Source: Octopus sinensis (lineage: Eukaryota). Taken from it: a stretch of 64,000 nucleotides of DNA. Below the pieces are notes generated by a model. It had not been told where the DNA came from, did not search any database, and saw only the letters and a program-made list of their open reading frames with translations. Shown piece after piece: positions 25,546 through 37,816 of the stretch. The stretch is from NCBI RefSeq assembly GCF_006345805.1, contig NC_043021.1, positions 5,084,001-5,148,000 on the forward strand. The letters are read 5' to 3'. Position 1 is the stretch's first letter. Every line of letters begins with the position of its first letter. Position numbers and translations under genes: made by a program.

Positions 25546-26396
25546 TGCCTCCCCCAAATAAACACCCCCATCCCGTGATTTTAAGTTAAAACCATCTTCC
25601 CTTGCCTCCAACAAATGTACAAACCTCGAAATTTGAAATATGTCCCACGGCTCAATGCTGACACTGTAGTAGCAATGGCTGTACATCATCCTTTTTTTAT
25701 CTCCTCCTCCTACCTCTCTTCTTTCTCACTATCCCTCTCTTGTGTTAACCCACTCTTTCCTTTTCACATCCTCTTTCATACACTTTCTTTCTATCCAACT
25801 CCCCCCCTCTCCAGTTCTAATCCACAAATATATCAAGGGGAAACTGGGACAGTTACCCTCCTTCACTGCTGTAACATCTGTTTTTTTTCCAAGGCCATCA
25901 TCATCACCACAATCACTCTTTACATGCAGTCTGTTACCATTATTAACTGTGCATCTGCACCTGCCGAGGTGCATGTCAGTGGAACCATGTGCACTCTTGT
26001 ATTTCTACCTGTAGACTAGCCAGGGAGGAAAGATCATTGCTTGTGACCTTTAAAGGTCACACTGCTGAGCAGTGAGATTGATGCGGCCAACACCCAGCTG
26101 AACATGTGCAGTATAAATGCCTGTAGTCACCAGATGGATGCGCATACAAGAGGACCAAGAATGCTTCAAATGTGCACAGCAGGGACCCCCGCAAAAGACA
26201 TCTAAAATGTGTGCTGTGCTGTTAGTCTGGGAGGCACATTAGGCATACTATTCTAAGCAGTGTGCCAACCCCAAACCGTACTGTGGCATTTAACAAATGG
26301 GAACATACGTGCAGACGTGGCTGTGTGGTTAAGAAGCTCTCTTTACAACCACATGATGTTGGGTTAGGTCCCACTGCACAGTACCTTGGGGAAGTC

Positions 26397-26615
26397 ATGA
26401 TCATCATCATCGTTTAACGTCTGCTTTCCATGCTAGCATGGGTTGGACGGTTCAACTGGGGTCTGGGAAGCCAGAAGGCTGCACCAGGCCAGTCAGATCT
26501 GGCGGAGTTTCTACAGCTGGATGCCCTTCCTAACGCCAACCACTGCATGAGTGTAGTGGGTGCTTTTTATGTGCCACCGACACAGGTGCCAAGCGAGGCT
26601 GGTGAACGGCAGCTG
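26397..26615 (-). mobile_element. SINE-C (1 unit)
   Basis: Tail and body match. Confidence 0.85.
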
Positions 26616-26699
26616 ACCAATGCCTTGTGAGTGAATTTGGTTGATGGAAACTACGTGGAAGTCATCGTGTGCGTGTATAGCTGTCGACCTCGGAATGTG

Positions 26700-26859
26700 T
26701 TTGTTGTAGTTTTAGAACAATACCACTCCACCGGCTGAGTGGACTGGAGCAATATGAAATGAAGTGTTTTTCTCAAGAACACAACACACCGGTGGTCTGG
26801 CAATCGAAACCACAATCTTGTGATCATGAGCATAACACCCTAACCACCAAGCCACACAT

Positions 26860-26862
<3 letters not shown>
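26700..26862 (-). mobile_element. SINE-E, older tRNA-headed SINE fragment (related pieces about 3880-4080 and 61130-61285)
   Basis: Reverse strand TGGCTTGGTGGTTAGG, GGTTTCGATTGCC, then GCTCCAGTCCACTCAGC. Confidence 0.65.
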
Positions 26863-26918
<56 letters not shown>

Positions 26919-27195
26919 TATGTATGTGTGTCTTTGTCCCCATCGCTGTTTGACAGCCAGTGTTTACATGGAAAAACAAGTCTGTCTGTGAATTGCGCTG
27001 CTCGTATTTCAGTTATGACAACAGTAAGAACGAAACTTTAAAACAAATGTACTAGGATCAAAATGACTAAAAATCCTTCAAACCAGTAACTCCAGCATGG
27101 CCACTGTCTACTGACTGACATGTAAAAGAAAATTCGAAGCAATAGACTTAGAATCAGTAGAGCATTGATCAAAATGATTTGCAGTATCTATTTAA

Positions 27196-27415
27196 CCCTT
27201 TTGTTACTGTATTTATTTTGAGATGCTCTGTGTTTCTTTCAATTACTTTAAATATAACAAAGAATTTAGTAAAATAACTTAGTCATCATTAAGCTAGTGT
27301 TAGGAACATAAATTGTGACTAAGGTTTGGTGGAAGATTTTAATCCAAAACTTTTGAAAATAGGACATTTGTACTCAGAACCAGAGCTGGTTTTAGCCGGG
27401 TTGGTAACGAAAGGG
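27196..27415. mobile_element. MITE-B, piggyBac-type (CCCTTT(C/T)GTTAC...GTAACGAAAGGG)
   Basis: TTAA on both sides; 220 bp; shares its right TTAA with the next MITE. Confidence 0.9.
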
Positions 27416-27419
27416 TTAA

Positions 27420-27640
27420 CCCTTTAGTGTTCACATTATTCTGCCAAAATTAATGCTTCTTTATCCACATTGTTTTGAACTAATCAGGCATTATCTTGTA
27501 GCTATGAGAATTTGATGAGGTAGCTGTTAATTTTTAGGATGATATTGTAGGGTTGGTGTGAGAGACCAGATCTGGCCAGTTTGAACATAAAACTGGCAGA
27601 ATACTTCTGGCCAGATATGGCCGGTTTAAATGCTAATGGG
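27420..27640. mobile_element. MITE-A
   Basis: TTAA at 27416-27419 and 27641-27644; 221 bp. Confidence 0.9.
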
Positions 27641-28029
27641 TTAAGGCAGTGAGTTGGCAGGATTCTTAGTATGCCAGGCAAAATGTTTAGCAGCAGTTCA
27701 TCTGTTTTACCATTCCGAGTTTAGTCCTGTCACGGTCAACCTTACCTGTCATCCTTTTGGGTTGATAAAAGTACCAGACAAGTACTGGGGTTGATACAGT
27801 CAACTGTCTCCTCTAAATTTCAGGTCTTTTGTATCTGTTAGAAACCATTATTATCCTAGTTGTTAATGGCAGTGGAATAAAGCTGGTGGAATTGGTAGCA
27901 TGCCGGATAAAGTGCTCAGCAGCATCCTGTCCATCTTTACATTCTGAGTTCAAATTCTGCTGAGGTCAACTTTGCCTTTCATCTTTTCAGGGTCATTAAA
28001 CTAAGTATCAGCTGAGCATTGGGGTTAAC

Positions 28030-28208
28030 TTTACTACCCACAAGGGGCTAAACACAGAGAGGACAGATAAACGGACTAAGTCGATTATATCGACCCCAGT
28101 GCGTAACTGGTACTTATTTAATCAACCCCGAAAGGATGGAAGGCAAAGTCGACCTCGGCAGACGAAATACTGCTAAGCATTTCACCCAGCGTGTTAACAT
28201 TTCTGCCA
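28030..28208 (-). mobile_element. SINE-B with internal deletion, next to an older + strand SINE-B (about 27880-28030)
   Basis: Match to the family body and tail. Confidence 0.8.
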
Positions 28209-29186
28209 GAACTGAAAGGGAGTGGGTGTAGGTTTGTTTTGCTCCCTTAATTTTCTCTGAATCTGTGGAATTGTGCCTCAGAAATCAATATTATTGAGGG
28301 TGAATGAAATGGTCGGCCGTTTGAATGCGTTAAATATCCTACATTCCAAGCGGATGCTGTCCTCTGCACCTCTCATCTTTAATGTCTTGGCCAGATGGAG
28401 ACTTTAAGTTGATGAAATTCCTCAGAATGAACTTTGGACTGTGAAATACAGTGTATCCACCCTCACTCACACATATTCATTTACTCTCTCTTTCTCACAC
28501 ATTCTCTCTCTCTCTCTCTCTCTCTTGCGTTCTGGTACTCTCACAATCTCCCTCCCTCTCTCAGGCACACTCACACAGTCAGGCTTGCACACACACACAC
28601 ACATTGGTTTATTTATGTTAACCAGCTGTAGGTAGTCTGTCGGTAAATAAACCTTTCTTGTCTTCTGTAATATCATCACTGACAATGAGGGCCAGCTGAT
28701 TCTTGAGCAGTCAGCTAGTTTTCTGTTAAATATATATATATATATATATATAAACAGAAAACTAGCTAACTACTCAAATGTGTGCCTATGTCCATGAATG
28801 TGCATGTGTAAGTACATATATATATATATATGCCAAATAACATGATCATGATAAACTATAAATATTTGGAGAAAAGTATCACTCTAGCACAATATCTTCT
28901 GGCTGATCTTTAATTCATGCTAATTCCATAACTTACAAAGAAGGACCAGCACTATCCGAGACGCATGAAGCAAATCAAATAGAGTAGTCACAACATAAAC
29001 ACATTTATCATGAGTGGAGAATTACCCTTCATCGGTCACCAGTTGAATCCCATTGTTGTTTAAACACCTCAAGGCAGGGTTTACTTGTGATGGTGCCAAA
29101 CAGCATTAAAGAAAAATGCAGTTTAACACTGTTTGGTAATAGATATACAAAAATTTGTGCTTGGAATATATCATCATATGTATATA

Positions 29187-29417
29187 TATTTCTTTACTAC
29201 CCACAAGGGGCTAAACGCAGAGGGGACACACAACGACAGACAAACGGATTAAGTCGATTACATCAACCCCAGTGCGTAGCTGGTACTTAATTTATCGACC
29301 CCGAAAGGATGAAAGGCAACGTCGACCTCAGCGGGATTTGAACTCAGAACGTAGCGGCAGACGAAATACCGCTTAGCATTTCGCCCGGCGTGCTAACGCT
29401 TCTGCCAGCTCGCCGCC
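29187..29417 (-). mobile_element. SINE-B
   Basis: Full length. Confidence 0.9.
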
Positions 29418-29493
29418 TTCATACGTATATATCATCACTATCATCATCGTTGTTTAACATCAGCATGGGCTGGCCTGAGTTGGATGGTTTGAC

Positions 29494-29725
29494 GGGCATG
29501 TGGTGTAGTGGTTAAGAGCGTGGGTTACTAACTCCAAGATTCAGAGTTCGACTCCTGCCAGTGACCTGAATAGTAATAACAACATCATCGAAAAATACCT
29601 TAGGAATGAGAACCTATGTTCGAATTTTCCCCCAAAGCACCTGATGAAGGCTGAAGGGTATATCAGCCGAAACTTGTTAACAACAAACAAGATGAGGACA
29701 ACTATCCATCACATGTAAATAATGT
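29494..29725 (+). mobile_element. tRNA-headed SINE with a Penelope-like 3' part containing a hammerhead-like core
   Basis: A box TGGTGTAGTGG, B box GAGTTCGACTC; then CTGATGA (29641) + A + helix GGCTGA/TCAGCC + GAAAC (29669-29673). Confidence 0.65.
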
Positions 29726-29734
29726 TCCAATTGT

Positions 29735-29965
29735 CCTCTAAGCTATATATCTCCAACTCTTCCTGCTTTTCGTCAGAAGCTCTGTTAGGAAATCTCTCAA
29801 TTTTTGTCTGTTTGCTGGGTCTTTGAGCTTCCATAGTCTTCTTTTCCAGATTGGTTTATTTCTCCGGGTCTTTCTGGTTAACTAGTAACCTATGTAGAGC
29901 TGTACACTCTTCATCTAGCAAGGGCTTTGCATTAGCCAGTATCTGTCTGTCTTGTTGCCTGGTGA
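29735..29965 (-). mobile_element. Decayed RTE-like LINE ORF fragment (endonuclease-RT linker)
   Basis: Reverse strand gives NAKPLLDEECTALHRLLV, then after a frameshift KPIWKRRLWKLKDP. Confidence 0.5.
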
Positions 29966-29970
29966 GGAGG

Positions 29971-30201
29971 TAGTTAGTTAGTTAGTTAATTTTGGCTCAA
30001 AAAGCAAAAAGCAAGGCCATGTAGGGGGACATGGAGTTATGTACAGGGTGGTGTTCATGTAAAGAGTTCGGGCCACTTGTGGTCAAGGGAGACTTTGAAC
30101 CAAGCGGTCGTTGGCATCTTCACCATCTCGTCTGGCAGCTTATTCCACGGATCTGCAACCCAGACGGAGAAAGCCCCTCTCCTTTGATTGAGATGAAATC
30201 G
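29971..30201 (-). mobile_element. CR1-type LINE 3' end
   Basis: Reverse complement of 48931-49163; (TAAC)n tail. Confidence 0.85.
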
Positions 30202-30518
30202 GTTCAACTGGGGTCTGGGAAACCAGGAGGCTGCATCAGGCCCAGTCTGATCTGGTAGTGTTTCTACGGCTGGATGCCCTTCCTAACGCCAACCACTCTG
30301 CGAGTGTAGTGGGTGCTTTTTACGTGCCACCCGCACAGGTGCCAGATGGAGCTGGCAAACAACCACAAACGGATGGTGCTTTTACGTGCCACCGGCACGG
30401 GGGCCAGGCGAGGCTGGCAACGGACACGAACGGATGGTGCTTTTACGTGCCACCGACACGGAGGCCAGTCGGGGCGCGCTGGCAACGCCACGAACGGATG
30501 GTGCTTTTTACGTGCCAG
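30201..30518 (-). mobile_element. SINE-C (about 3.5 units), own tail replaced by a CR1 3' end
   Basis: Unit motifs start at 30312, 30375, 30436 and 30500; body stops at GGTTCAACTGG. Confidence 0.85.
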
Positions 30519-31206
30519 AGTTTCTTCCTGTTTAATTGTATTGAAACTTATCAATGTTGTAATCCGTCATGGATTAAGGGAGAAACATTACAATTAATAA
30601 AACTGATTTCTGTAGTGTGGTCAGATAATCCATAACTGAAGCTGGTGGCCAAAGAGGCTTAGAGATTAACAAACTAAAGAAACATTGATGTTTGAGGATT
30701 AAATTTTCCATTAGAAATTAGAACTCTTTGGTGCAATTTTGATAGGAAGCCCTGTATATCTGCTGGGGTTGAATGTGGTGTGTGTGTGTATATGCGTTCG
30801 TAATACTTTTTTTTCGTTCGGCTTAACAGACCTTCTTGTCTTGTTATTCTCCTTGCCCTGTCTTTTACTGCTTATATTTTGTACTGTCGTTACTGTCCTG
30901 TTTTTGTTACCATTTTTACCCCTCTGCAAAAAGATCTCAAATTTTATTTGATTTGCTTTTCGCAGGAAGGAAAGTTTCTTATCGAAGATACGTCTCGCCT
31001 TCACCTTCGAAACGTAGAGTAGATGAAACCATGGCGACTGAAGAAGGGGTGTTTTCCTTGTGTTATTTGTCCTGTACTCTATTTTTTGTTGTTTAAGAAA
31101 AATGTCCAGTTCCTTGGGTTGTGTCTGTTTTCGTTTCTCATGTGTCGACGTTTTTTTGGTGTCCTGTATCATATATGCGTGTATATATACATGTAGAAGG
31201 TAGTAC

Positions 31207-31239
<33 letters not shown>

Positions 31240-31335
31240 GCTGCATGTTTTTATATATATATATATATGATATATATATCATATGATTATATATGCATAT
31301 GTTTTATAATATATTATATATATATATATATATAT

Positions 31336-31372
<37 letters not shown>

Positions 31373-31787
31373 CTGGCATATAATAAAGCTTTATGGATAT
31401 ATAAATATGTATTATTGTTTACGTTAATGGAACAAGGCAGAAAGACAAAACAAAAAAAAAAAACCTTGTACTAATATTTGTTAGGGTACTGGTATTTATG
31501 AATTTAAGCCCCAAATCAATCTTGATTGAGCAGATTTATGACTAAAAGTGTCCCCCATGGCCCTCTTATCTTTCGTTCTTCTGGCATCCAATGTACCCAT
31601 TTTTTAACAGTAGGATATTGTTTGGAAGATTGGGCTGTTATTTCTAGCTAGTAAGGACTATCAAGGTTTTCAATGACCCACTTTGTTGTGCATTTGTGGT
31701 CATTGGTGCTTGTTGTAGAAAGTATTTCCTACAGTGCTTGATATATTCGACCTCTATAGGTTTGCATGTTTCATTTTAATATATTTA

Positions 31788-31942
31788 AGTGGCCGTGTGG
31801 TAAGTAGCTTGCTAACCAACCACATGGTTCCGGGTTAAGTCCCACTGCGTGGCATCTTGGGCAAGTGTCTTCTGCTATAGCCCCGGGCCGACCAATGCCT
31901 TGTAAGTGGATTTGGTAGACGGAAACTGAAAGAAGCCTGTCG

Positions 31943-31977
<35 letters not shown>

Positions 31978-32191
31978 TTGTGTATGTTTGTGTGTCTGTG
32001 TTTGTCCCCCTAGCATTGCTTGACAACCGATGCTGGTGTGTTTACGTCCCCTGTCACTTAGCAGTTCGGTAAAAGAGACCGATAGAATAAGTACTGGGCT
32101 TACAAAGAATAAGTCCCGGGGTCAATTTGCTCAACTAAAGACGGTGCTCCAGCATAGCCGCAGTCAAATGACTGAAACAAGTAAAAGAGTA
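31788..32191 (+). mobile_element. SINE-A
   Basis: Near full-length match. Confidence 0.9.
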
Positions 32192-32995
32192 ACTCTGCGT
32201 TAAGTGTAAGGATCTGAAGTTTTGCTCCAAATCCATTTTAATTTTAGTGCTATTTAAACCATCCATATCCAACCAAAATTATTCTACCTGTTTTATGTGC
32301 AAACTGGCCAGATCTAGCCTCTCACACCTACCTTCCAATGTCATTCTAAAAATAAACTATCGCATCTTCAAAATCTTGAAGCTGTGAGATAATGCATGAT
32401 TAATTCAAAACTGTGAATAAACATTACATTCAACAGAGTAATCTGAATGCTAAAGGATTAAATGTCATCTGGAAAGGGTTGTGTTCCTCTATTTAGATGA
32501 CATTTTCTGCATACTTTGCAGTGTAGAGCCTCGGGTTGTTGTTACTTGTGCACTTGGTTACCAAGGATCATATTTCAGACATGACTAGATGGATTACCAG
32601 ACAACCAACCAAGATGCTTAACCCTTTAGCATTCAGATGACTCAGTCAAATGTAATGCTTATTTGTTCATTGTTTTGAATTGGTCATACGTTATATAACT
32701 TGATATGTAATTTTTTTGGCAACGGCCTGGTCTGTCCATCTTGCTGTGAACAAGTATTTCCAGGTGGAATGAGTCACTACAAGTAAGAAACAGTAGCACT
32801 ATGAAACTGGAGTGTTTTTTTTAAGCTTGTGGGACCGAGTTCTTATGTTCATGTTGGAACTGGGCCATGACTGGAGGCCACAATGTGCACCCCCCCCACC
32901 CCCCGCCGACACTGTGTTGTGTTTTGAGGGAGCTTTTACATGGTTGCTCAGTTGGATAGAATTGTCATCTTTGAAACCACACCCGATTGTCTTAA

Positions 32996-33216
32996 CCCTT
33001 TTGTTACTGTATTTATTTTGAGATGTTCTGTGTTGCTTTCAATTATTTTAAATATAACAAAGAATTTAGTAAAATAACTTGGTTATCATTAAGCTAGTAT
33101 TAGGAATATAAATTGCGACTAAGGTTTGGTGGTATATTTTGATGCAAAACTTATGAAAACAAGACATTTGTACTACAGAGCCAGAGCCGGTTTTAACCGG
33201 GTTGGTAACGAAAGGG
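32996..33216. mobile_element. MITE-B
   Basis: TTAA-CCCTTT...AAAGGG-TTAA; 221 bp. Confidence 0.9.
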
Positions 33217-34169
33217 TTAAGGGATCCCTTGTATAATTTGGTGCTGTTCTCAGTGAGCTTTTGGTGGGTAAAAAAATAGGATGGTCTGAACTAGAATATT
33301 TTTAATCATCAACCTCCAATATCAAGGCTAGCTTGTAACCAAACGGGTGGGCGGAGGAGAATACTGTTCATTGAGTTCTCAATCATTTCTGTTGTTTATT
33401 TCTTTTTGGTTCTCTCTTCCTTATATATATATATATATATATATTGAGGCACCTTCTACTTTAGCCCTGAGACAATGAAAGCCTTGTGAATTGATGTGGT
33501 AGTTAGAAACTGAAAGAAGCCTGTTGTATATGTGTTTGCATTACCCTATCCTTGGCACCTTGTGATGGTTATAATTGAGCCAGTCTTCCATAAAAACATC
33601 TTTGGTCATAGGGAAATATCACCTTGGTTAGCAACAGGAAGGGCATCCAACTGTAAAAAAAATCTGCCTCAGCAAATTCCATCTGACCCATACAAGATGA
33701 CGATGGTATGTGCTACCAAGTCACTTTCACTTGCAAATGATGGCTGTGGATGTGTATTTCCCTTCTTTTTACACTTTCTTGTAGCAAAATTTTATCATGA
33801 AATATTTATTAATTTGATTTTTATGTCTGTTTTACCATGCCGGCATGGGTTAGACTCTTGCATTATTGCAACGTTGTTTTACAGCCAATGTCGTTTCTGT
33901 CAATGACCTTTACCATTTAAGTAAAAGATCTTTCGTTTTGCACATCTTCAAAAGCAAGATGCCAGATGCTTCGTTTACAGAGGAAATGACATTGTTTCCT
34001 CTTCTAAGTTTCCATCTACCAAATTCTATTACAAGACATTCACCATGGGGTTCTAGTGAACTTCTCACCCATACAGCCATGCCTGCACTTATAGCTTTCA
34101 AAATATTCATGTCCTTAAAAATATCCTGATTTCTGTACTTCTATATCTTCCCAGCCTTTTAAAGGCTGG

Positions 34170-34785
34170 CTCTCTCACTCTCTCTCTCACATACACACAC
34201 TCACTCACATACACACACTCACTCACATACACACACTCACTCACATACACACACTCACTCACACACACACACTCACTCACTCACTCACTCACTCACTCAC
34301 TCACTCACTCACACACTCACACAAACACACACACACACACCACACACACACACACAAACACACTCACTCACTCACTCACACACACACCACTCACTCACTC
34401 ACACACACACTCACACACACACTCACTCACTCACACAAACACACTCACACAAACACACTCACACAAACACACTCACACAAACACTCACACAAACACTCAC
34501 TCACACACACTCACTCACACACACTCACTCACAAAACACACTCACAAACACACACTCACAACACACACTCACAAACACACACTCACAAACACACACTCAC
34601 AAACACACACTCACAAACACACTCACAAACACACACTCACAAACACACACTCACAAACACACACTCACAAACACACACTCACAAACACACACTCACAAAC
34701 ACACACTCACAAACACACACTCACAAACACACACTCACAAACACACACTCACTCACTCACACACACACACACTCACGCACACACA
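34170..34785. repeat. Compound ACTC/AC microsatellite evolving into a 14-bp unit (ACAAACACACACTC)
   Basis: Directly visible. Confidence 0.95.
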
Positions 34786-35929
34786 ATGTCTGAATTGTAT
34801 GTCTATTGTTTCTGTCTGTATCTGCAGTCTCGTATGTATGCCTGTGTATTATTAGTTCATTTTCAGTAAAATCATTGTGATGAGTTTAAGTAGAACACTG
34901 TTTATTTGTTATCGTAATTTTAAACATTTGTCTGATAAGAATCTCTTGACTTTTCAGTTGTAACAAAGTCTAGTTTTGTCGTTGCTGTTGTTTTAAAGAA
35001 AATCCGGTTGTTTGTTACACTTTTCAACATCTTTAAATGGTTGTTTAATAGATTTTTTTTGTTGTTGTTTTTAGTTACACATTTAAAAAAAAGTTTTTTT
35101 TTTTCTTCTATATAGCTGTGGGTGTGTGGTTGAGAATTGTGCTCCCCAACCACATTGTTTCAGGTTCAGTCCTATTGCATGGCACCTTGGGCAAGTGTCT
35201 TCTATAGGGTAGAAAGGGCTCCTTAGCCGTAGTGAAGGCAATCTATCTAGGGAGATAACCTTACAATAAATCACTGGGTCCGTAGCTTAGAAATACTGGG
35301 TTGACGTCCAGCGGGAACAGCTTTGTTTCATGGAGGAGGAAAGATCTTCTTTAGTACTTGGTTGTACAATGCTTTCCAATGTGTGTAGTAGTGGCGCGCG
35401 CACACATTATTAGCTATTTGAAAAGACTATGGAAGTCTCGACCACGGTCGAACAATGATGATGATGTCTTCTATAGCCCCGGGCTGACCAGAGTCATGTA
35501 AGTGGATTTGGTAGACAGAAATTGAAAGAAGCCCATATGTGTGTGCATATGTGTATCTGTTTGTGTCTCCTTGTCTTGACAACTTATGGTTGTTGTAAAT
35601 GGGTGTCATTCATTTCTTTCCAATATTCTGTGAAAACATGCTTGGCTATGAAGAGCATCTGACTATAGAAAATTTGCTTTAGTAAAGGAATGTATCCAGG
35701 ACTGCATTATTCAAAGTCTCTTTCCTTTTTCAAAAGCTAGAAAGGTGTGGTGTCGGTGGAATTTTGTTGCTATTTCTAGCTGTTCAAGAGAGCATACAGG
35801 AGCTCTGTCATTGGCTTTTCAATGTCTATATGTGTGTATTCTCTAGAAAAACGACGGCGCCGTGGTGATCTCATTCTCACTCACAACATCATAAGCGGAA
35901 AGTGTAACCTCTAGAAAGAGCTGTTCTTC

Positions 35930-36210
35930 ACTCCTGCTCCAGAGCGTCGGCTGCAGGGGTCACTCCGAAAAGCTCTATCTGTGACGATTTCATCTCAATC
36001 GAAGGAGAGGGTCTTTCTCCATCCAGGTTGCAGATCCATGGAATAAGCTGCCGGACAAGATAGTGAAGATGCCGACAACTGCTCGGTTCAAAGTCTCTCT
36101 TGACCAGAAATGGCCTGAACTCTTTGCATGAACACCCTCCCTGTACATAACTCCATGTCCCCCTACATGGCCTTGCTTTTTGCTTTTTGAGCCAAAAAAT
36201 TAACTTAACT
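35930..36210 (+). mobile_element. CR1-type LINE 3' end (longest copy)
   Basis: Same sequence, extended ~60 bp further 5'; TTAAC tail. Confidence 0.85.
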
Positions 36211-37025
36211 AGATATGCATGCCAGCACATAACATAAATATGCATAAATGTTAAATGGAGATAGTGCAGAAGCCAACCGTAACATGCATGCATGTATGCA
36301 TACATACAGATGTCTGTGGGTGTGTTGTCTTCACACTGGACTAAAAAAAAACCAGTGTTTTTTTTTTTTTCAACAAATAAAGGTCGGTAAAATAAGTACT
36401 GAAGTCAATATGATTTATGAGTAAACCTTTGACAGCAGTATCCCAGTATATCTGCAGTCCAGTGGCTGAAAACAGTTAACCCTTTTATCATCATATTTTT
36501 TCTTGAAATACACTGCCTCTGTTTCAGTGAATGTTGTGAAACAGAATTTTGATAAATGGTTTTAATTGAGATCACTTTAAAATAGGAAGTTTATATCATC
36601 ATAGATCCATGGTGATCTTGAGCAGCTGAGTATTAAGATTAACCTTTTAAAAATTTAAACTGGTTATCTGTGACTCAAATATTCTACCCATTGACAGATG
36701 GACAGTTGGTCGGTAACTTTTACATATTTTTCAAGTAAGGGATCTGGGAATTTAATATTCCTCATGACTTCAAAAGATGCAGGGCCAGTAGCTGGTTTGA
36801 CATAGGAAATGGCAATACCACCTCTTGTATCTCAATGATTTTTGTAGCAACACAAATGTAAAACGCACACACCATGTTTCTTCCAGTTTGTCTATTAAAT
36901 CCACTCGCAAAGCTTCGGTTAGCCTTGAGCTATAATGAAAGATATGTTCCCATGGTGCTCTACAGTAGAATTGAACTCAAAACCACATGGTTGGGAAGTG
37001 AATTTAAAGTTCCCAGCCGTGTCTG

Positions 37026-37421
37026 GGCGCAGGAGTGGCTGTGTGGTAAGTAGCTTGCTAACCAACCACATGGTTGTTGGTTCAGTCCCACTGCGTGGCA
37101 TCTTGGGCAAGTGTCTTCTGCTATAGCCCCGGGCCGACCAATGCCTTGTGAGTGTATTTGGTAGACGGAAACTGAAAGAAGCCTGTCGTATATATGTATA
37201 TGTGTGTGTTTGTGTGTCTGTGTTTGTCTCCCTAGCATTGTTTGACAACCGATGCTGGTGTGTTTACGTCCCCGTCACTTAGCGGTTCGGCAAAAGAGAC
37301 CGATAGAATAAGTACTGGGCTTCCAAAGAACAAGTCCCGGGGTCGATTTGATCGACTAAAGGCGGTGCTCCAGCATGGCCGCAGTCAAATGACTGAAACA
37401 AGTAAAAGAGTAAAAGAGAGA
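37026..37421 (+). mobile_element. SINE-A
   Basis: Full length from GGCGCAGGAG; possible short TSD GTCTG at 37021-37025 and 37422-37426. Confidence 0.9.
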
Positions 37422-37816
37422 GTCTGCAATCTCTATGTTCTAAATGCAGACATCAATCAGAAGGCTGCAAAATCCTCCTCTCCTATCATAACCATAATGA
37501 CTGGGTGATAGTACAATAATTACGGCTGAGTCTCTGGTGGTAATGCTGATAATATGCATGACTACTTGGGAAGCATGTTGGAAATGTCTTTAATTGGTTT
37601 TGAGGCTTATCTAACTATTGGCCTTGACCACTTGACTGCTTCTTGTGATAATAGCGGTGATGTGGGGTGATGATCTTTGCTTTCTGCAGCTCACACATCT
37701 TATCTAGTTTGTTAATTATTTTTCCTTATTTGTAGTGATGACTTCGCTGAAAATTTAGATATTACAAATGAACTTTTGTGTTTGTGTTTGTGCTCCCCAC
37801 CCCCCTCCACTAAACC

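Noticed and set aside
30312-30518. CRISPR-like reading of the ~63-bp repeats
   Set aside because: Whole units are homologous, with no unique spacers; there are no cas genes, and the array belongs to a eukaryotic retroelement.
30790-31172. T-rich segment with CTGAAGA and CGAAACG pieces (153-aa lysine-rich minus ORF)
   Set aside because: The motif pieces are in the wrong order for a hammerhead and the ORF is compositional. It may be a retroelement terminus but cannot be classified.
32764-32782. 19-nt microexon candidate with a strong GTAAGA donor
   Set aside because: Weak acceptor, frame-shifting length and no supporting context.
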